Assembly: GCA_040905465.1 (NCBI GenBank)
Contig: JBBDRK010000054.1
Span: 1-12,596, forward strand
Origin: Trueperaceae bacterium
Lineage (GTDB): Bacteria; Deinococcota; Deinococci; Deinococcales; Trueperaceae
DNA length: 12,596 nt
Direction of reading: 5' to 3'
Under the pieces are notes generated by a model. That model was given only the letters and a program-made list of their open reading frames with translations, ran no database searches and was not told the origin of the DNA. Both the position numbers and the translations under genes were made by a program. Within the stretch, counting starts at the first letter, position 1, and each line of letters begins with the position of its first letter. Below are positions 6,813 to 12,596 of this stretch, one piece after another.

Positions 6813-7784
6813 ATGGGTCTGGAGAGCGAAAGCAAAGGCCGCGAGCAGCCAAGGCGCGAGGGCACGGCGTCGTCGGATGGCGAGCATGGAGTAGCGGACA
6901 GGTTCCGGTTCTTGCGGGGCCCATTCCGCTATCAAGCGGCCAATGCCCTCCTTCTTACCGTCGGGGCGCTGTTGGGAGCGTTCGGCTTCAATCTCTTCCT
7001 CGTGCCCGGCAACGTTGCCCCCGGCGGCATTACCGGCCTCACGCTGGTGGCGACGGGCTTCCTGCCGATCCCCGTGCCTAAGGGCATGCTGATGCTGGCG
7101 CTCAACGTGCCGCTCCTGTATCTGGGTTTTCGCACATTGGGCGGCATGCGCTTCCTGCTCCGCACCGTGTACGTAGTTGCCCTGATGGGTATCTCCATCG
7201 ACGCGATGGCGCCGTTCATGCCAGCCGAAGGCGTCAGCGACGACGCGCTCCTCAACGCGCTCTACGGCGGAGCACTGTTAGGGGCGGCCAACGCGATGGT
7301 GATCCGCGCCTTCGGCAACATGGGCGGCACTGGCATCCTGGCCCGGGTCATCCAACGCCGGACCGGGGTGCCGATCGGCCAGATCTACCTGATGATCGAT
7401 GGCGTGATCGTGATGCTGCTGGGTCTTGCCTTCGGCTGGGAGCGCGCGCTGTACTCGCTGGTCGCGCTCTTCGTTACCGGCTTGGTGACGGATTACGCGA
7501 TCGAGGGTCCGTCTATCGTGCGCATGGTCTTCATAGTGACCGACCACCCCCGTACGGTCGCGAAGGCGCTGCAAACGCAGCTGCGCACCGGAGTCACCGC
7601 CTGGCGAGGTGAGGGAATGTACCAGGGAGGGGAGCGAACGATGTTGTTCTGCACGGTCAACCGCACCGAGGTCCGAGAGCTCAGACGCGTGGTGCGCGAG
7701 GCAGACCATGATGGCTTTATCGTGATCGGTCAGGGCCAAAGCGCCTCCGGCGGTACTATCGGCAGGAGCGATACTCCGGGCTGA
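6813..7784 (+). CDS. YitT-family membrane protein (DUF161 repeats + C-terminal DUF2179)
   Basis: FLVPGNVAPGGITGL, LNVPLLYLGF, GNMGGTGILA, ERALYSL, multiple hydrophobic helices, and soluble C-terminus GVTAWRGEGMYQGGERTMLFCTV...VREADHDGFIVI. Alternative in-frame ATG at 6792. Possible extended -10 TGgTACGTT at 6765-6773. Confidence 0.92.
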   Translation: MGLESESKGREQPRREGTASSDGEHGVADRFRFLRGPFRYQAANALLLTVGALLGAFGFNLFLVPGNVAPGGITGLTLVATGFLPIPVPKGMLMLALNVPLLYLGFRTLGGMRFLLRTVYVVALMGISIDAMAPFMPAEGVSDDALLNALYGGALLGAANAMVIRAFGNMGGTGILARVIQRRTGVPIGQIYLMIDGVIVMLLGLAFGWERALYSLVALFVTGLVTDYAIEGPSIVRMVFIVTDHPRTVAKALQTQLRTGVTAWRGEGMYQGGERTMLFCTVNRTEVRELRRVVREADHDGFIVIGQGQSASGGTIGRSDTPG

Positions 7785-7863
7785 CCTACGGCCAGCTCGC
7801 CTCTGCGGGCTCGTGATGACCTGAGTACGTCCCGTTCAGCTCGTCTGCCGTTCTGCCGCCTAT

Positions 7864-7893
7864 TTGACAAGCGGGTAAGGCAGGCGCGACAGT
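7864..7893 (+). promoter_or_regulatory. Possible sigma70-type promoter for the YciI-like gene
   Basis: Perfect TTGACA at 7864-7869; degenerate -10 GACAGT at 7888-7893 (18-bp spacer). Confidence 0.35.
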
Positions 7894-7934
7894 AGGGCCA
7901 AACTGACATCAAGGCGTAGGAGAGGAGTTCAGCC

Positions 7935-8249
7935 ATGGCGAAGTTCGTCCTCGTTTATCACGGCCGGCCAGCGGCCTCCCACGAGTCCACCGGGCAAAAA
8001 GAGCGATTCATGGAGTGGATCGACAGCGTCGGTACTGCCCTGGTCAGCCCTGCCAATCCCTTTGGGCCATCGAAGCTCGTCACTACTGACGGTGTGGCGG
8101 ATGTGCTGCCGGCAGAGGCTTTGAGCGGCTATTCGGTAGTGGAAGTAGACGACCTCGAGGCGGCCCTGGATATCGTCAAGCGTTGCCCCTTTCTGGAAGT
8201 CGGATCCATCGAGGTTGCGCAACTGATGGAGATGGGGCCCGGCAAGTAG
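7935..8249 (+). CDS. YciI/DGPF-like dimeric alpha-beta barrel protein, 104 aa
   Basis: SD AGGAG; MAKFVLVYHG...FMEWIDSVG..LVSPANPF...LSGYSVVEVDDLEAALDIVKRCP...GSIEV matches the YciI-related pattern. Confidence 0.85.
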   Translation: MAKFVLVYHGRPAASHESTGQKERFMEWIDSVGTALVSPANPFGPSKLVTTDGVADVLPAEALSGYSVVEVDDLEAALDIVKRCPFLEVGSIEVAQLMEMGPGK

Positions 8250-8272
8250 CTGCGGCGCGACACACCTGCCGA

Positions 8273-8974
8273 TCAGGTCCTCGCGCGCCCGGGAGCGCGA
8301 CCCGCCTGGTTGAGTCGGCGCCCCAGCCAGGCGACGACGTCCGCAACGCTTTCATCGCCGACCCCATGCCCGACGTCGTACTCGTGGTACTCCAGGTCCA
8401 CCGGCAACTGCTCGAGCAGCGCCCGGGAGCGGTGCGCGTGGTGGATTGGTAAAACCTCGTCCCTGATTCCATGGCTCAGCAGGACCGACAGTCTCAGGTG
8501 CTCCGGCTTCTGAGTCAGCTCCGCTCGCAGCTCCTCCAGGACCCGACCGCTCAACGCGACTATCCCGCCGATCTTCGCCGGCTCGGTCAGGGCCACACTC
8601 AGGCTCAACACGGCTCCCTGGCTGAACCCCATCAGATAGACCCGCTCGAACGGCACCTCGTAGCGCTCAACCAACTCGTCGATGAAGTCGATAAGTACCA
8701 TTCGGCTCGCTTCGGCCTCCTTGGCGTTGTGCACGTGGACGGGACTGAATTCGATGTTGAACCAGCCGTAGCGGTCAGGACCGAGCTCGATCGGCGCACG
8801 CGCGCTGATCACGTGAAAGCGCTCATCCAGCATAGACTCGAGCCCCAACAGGTCCCTCTCGTTGCTGCCGACCCCGTGCAGCAGCACGAGTAGGGAGGCG
8901 TCCTGCCGAGACGCCGCTTCGCGGGCTCGGTAGGCGAGCGAGAGGTCGGTGTGGAGGGGAAAGTCTCGTTTCAT
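8273..8974 (-). CDS. Alpha/beta hydrolase, phospholipase/carboxylesterase family
   Basis: LLVLLHGVGSNERDL, nucleophile elbow GFSQG, HGIRDEVLP (Asp), GHGV (His). ATG 8974 has GGGAG upstream; alternative ATG at 8998. Confidence 0.93.
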   Translation of the reverse strand: MKRDFPLHTDLSLAYRAREAASRQDASLLVLLHGVGSNERDLLGLESMLDERFHVISARAPIELGPDRYGWFNIEFSPVHVHNAKEAEASRMVLIDFIDELVERYEVPFERVYLMGFSQGAVLSLSVALTEPAKIGGIVALSGRVLEELRAELTQKPEHLRLSVLLSHGIRDEVLPIHHAHRSRALLEQLPVDLEYHEYDVGHGVGDESVADVVAWLGRRLNQAGRAPGRART

Positions 8975-9189
8975 GGCTCGTCGCTCCCGCTCGACCATAC
9001 CTGCTCTGCCGGCTCGACAAGGGGTTCGCCCTCACCGCCCGTGCACGGCACTCAGCGTACCGGTGTTCGAGTCGCCACTTTGAAAGCCTCAGGCAACCGC
9101 CCGGTCTCGCATGTGCCGACCGCAGACACCCAGTAGGTTTCGCCTGGAACCCTCGACAGACTGCGGCAGCAACGTGTCCTCCACGAAAC

Positions 9190-9227
9190 CTGACCTTTCT
9201 TGTAATGTGCATAGGCTGAGAGCTCAG
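9190..9227 (+). promoter_or_regulatory. Candidate promoter and overlapping inverted repeat for the ABC operon
   Basis: CTGACC-N16-TAGGCT (9190-9217; alternative -10 TAATGT at 9203-9208), inverted repeat CTGAG-ag-CTCAG (9216-9227), SD AGGAGGT (9226-9232). Confidence 0.35.
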
Positions 9228-9237
9228 GAGGTAGATC

Positions 9238-10782
9238 GTGATCCGACGCCTGGTATCCCTCGTCATCGCATCGCTCGTGCTGCTCTCGGGCGTGACTTTG
9301 GCACAGGAGCGCGCAACCGTCCTCAGTCCGCAGGAGCCTCGTACTCTGCTCCCTCACCTCGATCTGCTGACACTGGCTCACGAGGTCGAGAATCTGGTGT
9401 TCGACTGCCTGTACGCGGTTGACGCCGAAGGCGGTTACATTCCGCGACTGGCCGGCGAGGTGCCCACACTCGAGAACGGTGGGATCTCCGAGGACGGCCG
9501 CACCTACACCATCCGCTTGCGTGACGACGTCAGCTGGCAAGATGGCGAGCCGTTTACCAGCGACGACGTAAGGTTTACCTGGCAGGTGATCACCGACCCC
9601 GATCTGCCGATTCCCGCCCGCACCGTCTGGGAAGATATCCAGAGCATCGAGACTCCCGATCCCCACACGGCAGTGGTTTCCTTCGCCGAACCGAACGTCG
9701 GGTTCATCGGCACGGCGGCGTCGGATAGCTGCTTCATCCTTCCCGGGCATGCACTCGAAGGGGAAGACCTGGTGAACTCCCAACTCAATCGCCGTCCGGT
9801 CGGCACCGGTCCCTACAGCCTGGAGGAGTGGGCCTCGGGCAGCTTCATCCGGCTGGCGAAGAACCCCGACTACTGGGGTGGCGAGCCGGCGATCGACGAG
9901 ATCGTGGTGAGCTTCCCGGGCGGCAGTCAGGCGGTTCGGACGAGCCTGCAGCGGGGCGAGGGCGAAGTGGCGCTGCACCTCACATCGGCGGACGCGCGCT
10001 TCATCGACCGCCTCGCCGGCTATGAGTTGGCGCAGGCGCCCGACCATGCCTGGTGGCAGTTCTGGGTCAACAACCAAGATCCCGTCCTCCAGGAGCGAGA
10101 CGTTCGCGCGGCCCTGGCATACGCCCTGGACAAACAGACGATTGCCGACACCGTGATGGGCGGTCTGGTGCAACCGCAGGCCGCGATGCTTCCGGCCGGT
10201 CACTGGGCGCACAACCCCGATGTGCCTACCTACGAGTTCGATCCGGAACGCGCCCGCGAGTTGCTGGAGCAGGCGGGCTGGGTCGATACCGATGGGAACG
10301 GCGTTCGCGAGAGGGACGGCGAGGCCCTGCGCCTCGAGATACTCAACATCGCCGGGGAGGCGGAGAGACGTCAGGTGGTGCAGATCGCACAGGACCAATG
10401 GCGCAACGTCGGCTTCGACGTGAGCATCCGCGAGATCGACGCGGCCTCGTTCCCACCCACTATGAGCGAAGGGGAGTACCAGTTGGCTTACGGCTGGTTC
10501 GGGGAGAACCAGGAGCCGGTGTTCAACCTGTGGCTCGGCACCAACTGGCAGAATTACGCGAACGAGGAGGCGCTCGCCCTCCTCCGGGAGGTGCCGGCAA
10601 CCGTAGACTCCGAAGCTCGCGGAGAACTAGTCCGCCGCTTTCAGCAGATGGTCGCCGATGACGTGGCGATGTTGCCTCTTGCCCCTCGGCCGATCCTCAA
10701 CGCCGTGAGCGAGCGGCTGCAAGGTTACGGTCCTACCCTGAGCGGCAGCCTGTGGAACGCAGAGGAGTGGACGCTCCGCTGA
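9238..10782 (+). CDS. Peptide/nickel ABC transporter substrate-binding protein (SBP family 5)
   Basis: Signal peptide MIRRLVSLVIASLVLLSGVTLA-QE; SEDGRTYTIRLRDDVSWQDGEPFTSDDVRFTW, PVGTGPY, DVRAALAYALDK, FDPERARELLEQAGW. Confidence 0.96.
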   Translation: MIRRLVSLVIASLVLLSGVTLAQERATVLSPQEPRTLLPHLDLLTLAHEVENLVFDCLYAVDAEGGYIPRLAGEVPTLENGGISEDGRTYTIRLRDDVSWQDGEPFTSDDVRFTWQVITDPDLPIPARTVWEDIQSIETPDPHTAVVSFAEPNVGFIGTAASDSCFILPGHALEGEDLVNSQLNRRPVGTGPYSLEEWASGSFIRLAKNPDYWGGEPAIDEIVVSFPGGSQAVRTSLQRGEGEVALHLTSADARFIDRLAGYELAQAPDHAWWQFWVNNQDPVLQERDVRAALAYALDKQTIADTVMGGLVQPQAAMLPAGHWAHNPDVPTYEFDPERARELLEQAGWVDTDGNGVRERDGEALRLEILNIAGEAERRQVVQIAQDQWRNVGFDVSIREIDAASFPPTMSEGEYQLAYGWFGENQEPVFNLWLGTNWQNYANEEALALLREVPATVDSEARGELVRRFQQMVADDVAMLPLAPRPILNAVSERLQGYGPTLSGSLWNAEEWTLR

Positions 10783-10786
10783 TCAA

Positions 10787-11740
10787 GTGCTGATCTACGC
10801 AGCGAGGAGGCTCGCGGGAGCGATCCCGCGGGTCCTCCTCATCTCCGTCATCCTGTTTCTGCTCGTCAACCTGCCGCCTGGCGGGCCCGCCGATATCTAC
10901 GCGGCCGATCCGAGCGCTTCGCCTCAGGCCGTCGAACGCATCCGGGAGCTGTGGGGCCTGAACGATCCGTTGCATGTGCAGTATCTGCGCTGGTTCGGGA
11001 ACATGCTGCAGGGCGATTGGGGGATGTCGTACCGCGAGCGCCGGCCGGCGCTCGACGTGGTCATGGGGCGCCTGGGGAACACGCTGTGGCTCACCGGCGG
11101 CGCGCTGATCGTAGGGCTGGCGTTCGGCTTCGCGCTCGGTCTTGCCGGCGCCTGGACGCGCTCGCATTTGGGCCGCGCACTCGCGCAGGCAACCGCCGTC
11201 GTCGGCATGAGCGTGCCAACCTTCTGGAGCGGAACGCTGGTGCTGCTGTTCTTCTCCGTCCACCTGCGCTGGATCCCAGCCGGTGGCATGGGCAGCATCG
11301 GAGAACCGTTCTCGCTGACCGACCTGCTGTGGCACCTGCTGGCTCCTGCCCTGGTACTCGGCTCCGTCTACGTGTCGCAGTGGTCACGCTACATTCAGGC
11401 GGGACTTACCGGGGCCATGCAGAACGATTACGTGCGTACCGCCCGTGCCAAGGGCCGCACCAGGGGCGAGCTGCTGATGCGTCATGCCTTGCCGAACGTC
11501 GCCATCCCCCTGGTTACCGTGTTGGGGCTGGAGATGCCGCGGCTGGTAGCCGGCGCCATGGTGACGGAGGTCGTGTTCAGTTGGCCCGGAATCGGCCGTC
11601 TGCTCACCGACGCGCTACTGGGTCGCGACTACCCGGTGGTGATGGGTACGCTCCTGGTGCTGGCGGTGCTGGTGATAGTCGCCAACCTCGTTACCGATCT
11701 CCTTTACGGGCTGCTCGATCCGCGCGTGCGGTACGGCTGA
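10787..11740 (+). CDS. Peptide/nickel ABC transporter permease (DppB/OppB-like)
   Basis: LGLNDPLHVQY-type segment (LWGLNDPLHVQYLRW), GDWGMSY, EAA-like loop DYVRTARAKG, HALPN, EVVFSWPGIG, RDYPVVMG. Confidence 0.96.
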   Translation: MLIYAARRLAGAIPRVLLISVILFLLVNLPPGGPADIYAADPSASPQAVERIRELWGLNDPLHVQYLRWFGNMLQGDWGMSYRERRPALDVVMGRLGNTLWLTGGALIVGLAFGFALGLAGAWTRSHLGRALAQATAVVGMSVPTFWSGTLVLLFFSVHLRWIPAGGMGSIGEPFSLTDLLWHLLAPALVLGSVYVSQWSRYIQAGLTGAMQNDYVRTARAKGRTRGELLMRHALPNVAIPLVTVLGLEMPRLVAGAMVTEVVFSWPGIGRLLTDALLGRDYPVVMGTLLVLAVLVIVANLVTDLLYGLLDPRVRYG

Positions 11741-11741
11741 C

Positions 11742-12575
11742 ATGACGATTCGCTGGAGGATCTTCTTCGGCAATCCGCTGGCCGTGGCGGGACTGGTGGT
11801 GCTCGTCCTGTTGGCGCTGGCCGCGCTGTTCGCACCGTGGCTGACGCCCCATTCGCCGACTGCTACCCGTCCCCTCGACATGTTGCAGCCTCCCAGCCCG
11901 GCTCACCCGCTCGGCACCGACGATCTGGGGCGTGACGCCCTCAGCCGCCTGCTCCACGCCGGACGAACCTCCCTGACCCTGGCGATCGGGGTCGCCGCGG
12001 TGGCGGTCGGTATCGGCGCACTGCTCGGCGGAGTCGCCGGCTACCTGGGCGGACGCGCCGATGGCACGATATCTGCCCTGGTCGACACGATGCTCTCCAT
12101 TCCCGCGCTTGCCCTGGCGATGGTTGCGAGCGCATTCCTGGAGCTGACGACGTTGCGGTTGGTGCTGATCCTGGGGCTGGTGTCGTGGCCGACGGTGGCT
12201 CGGCTGGTTCGGGCCCAGGTGCTTTCGCTCAAGGAGCGGGACTTCGTCGAGGCGGCCCGGGCGACCGGCGCCGGGCACGTTCGGCTGTTGTTGCGGCACC
12301 TGCTTCCCAACGCGGTGACGCCGGTGATCGTCGCCGGGACCCTGTTGGTCGCCTATGCCGTGCTCATCGAGTCGGCACTGTCTTTCCTGGGGTTCGGCCT
12401 CCCGCCTCCCACAGCCACATGGGGCGGCATGCTGAACGAGGCTCAGCTCTACTATCTCGAAGCACCCTGGCTGGCGGTGTTCCCGGGTCTGGTGATCACG
12501 CTGGCGGTCGCCGCGATCAACTTCATGGGGGACGGGCTCCGGGAGGCGACGTCCGGAAGAACGGGAGAAGCCTGA
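11742..12575 (+). CDS. Peptide/nickel ABC transporter permease (DppC/OppC-like)
   Basis: HPLGTDDLGRDALSRLL, DFVEAARATGA, RHLLPN, ESALSFLGFG, TWGGML, NFMGDGLR; starts 1 nt after the upstream stop. Confidence 0.96.
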   Translation: MTIRWRIFFGNPLAVAGLVVLVLLALAALFAPWLTPHSPTATRPLDMLQPPSPAHPLGTDDLGRDALSRLLHAGRTSLTLAIGVAAVAVGIGALLGGVAGYLGGRADGTISALVDTMLSIPALALAMVASAFLELTTLRLVLILGLVSWPTVARLVRAQVLSLKERDFVEAARATGAGHVRLLLRHLLPNAVTPVIVAGTLLVAYAVLIESALSFLGFGLPPPTATWGGMLNEAQLYYLEAPWLAVFPGLVITLAVAAINFMGDGLREATSGRTGEA

Positions 12576-12596
12576 GTGCATGTCATGAAGGACTGA

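Noticed and set aside
9015..9060. Resemblance to a fluoride riboswitch (GGGGTTCGCC...ACCGC)
   Set aside because: Lacks the 5' GGCGAUG pairing strand and the 3' GCUGAUGAC element.
9090..9120. SAM-I P3-like GGCAACC...GTGCC and ZTP-like GCCGACCG
   Set aside because: No AUCnAGAG/P1 or kink-turn elements for SAM-I, and no GACUG...CUGGGC elements for ZTP.
9184..9222. TPP-riboswitch-like fragments (AACCTGA...TAAT...TAGG, CTGAGA)
   Set aside because: CTGAGA lies after rather than before the AACCTGA element, and the P5 stem cannot form.
9052..10398. 448-aa antisense ORF
   Set aside because: Lies opposite the clear SBP gene. Long shadow ORFs are expected from high-GC codon bias, and it has no recognisable motifs.
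11691..12581. 296-aa antisense ORF and other overlapping ORFs in the track
   Set aside because: They are shadow frames of well-supported genes with no independent start signals or motifs.
1..12596. tRNA, rRNA, CRISPR array, IS or integrase
   Set aside because: No cloverleaf, spaced repeat array, transposase or terminal inverted repeat pair was seen by eye.

Overview
GC-rich bacterial window. Deinococcota (Trueperaceae-like) is a guess from promoter and secreted-protein style, not a proven assignment. It holds 12 supportable CDSs and no recognisable RNA gene, mobile element or CRISPR array. In order: (-) an NPPY-type class I SAM methyltransferase, truncated by the window edge and missing from the ORF track; (-) a 63-aa basic small protein; (+) an XRE-HTH/STAND ATPase/TPR regulator closely followed by an unusually long SagB/ThcOx-like nitroreductase-fold protein; a divergent pair of (-) UbiE-like methyltransferase and (+) HxlR regulator sharing a perfect palindrome; (+) a YitT membrane protein; (+) a YciI-like protein; (-) an alpha/beta-hydrolase carboxylesterase; (+) a peptide/nickel-type ABC importer (SBP plus two permeases, ATPases not in the window). 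The best candidate for an undescribed system is the left module (1-4970). There a ligand-sensing STAND regulator sits divergent from a small protein and an amino-methyltransferase, and upstream of an uncharacterised flavoenzyme, with phased short repeats across the shared promoter region. All functional links are inference from adjacency.
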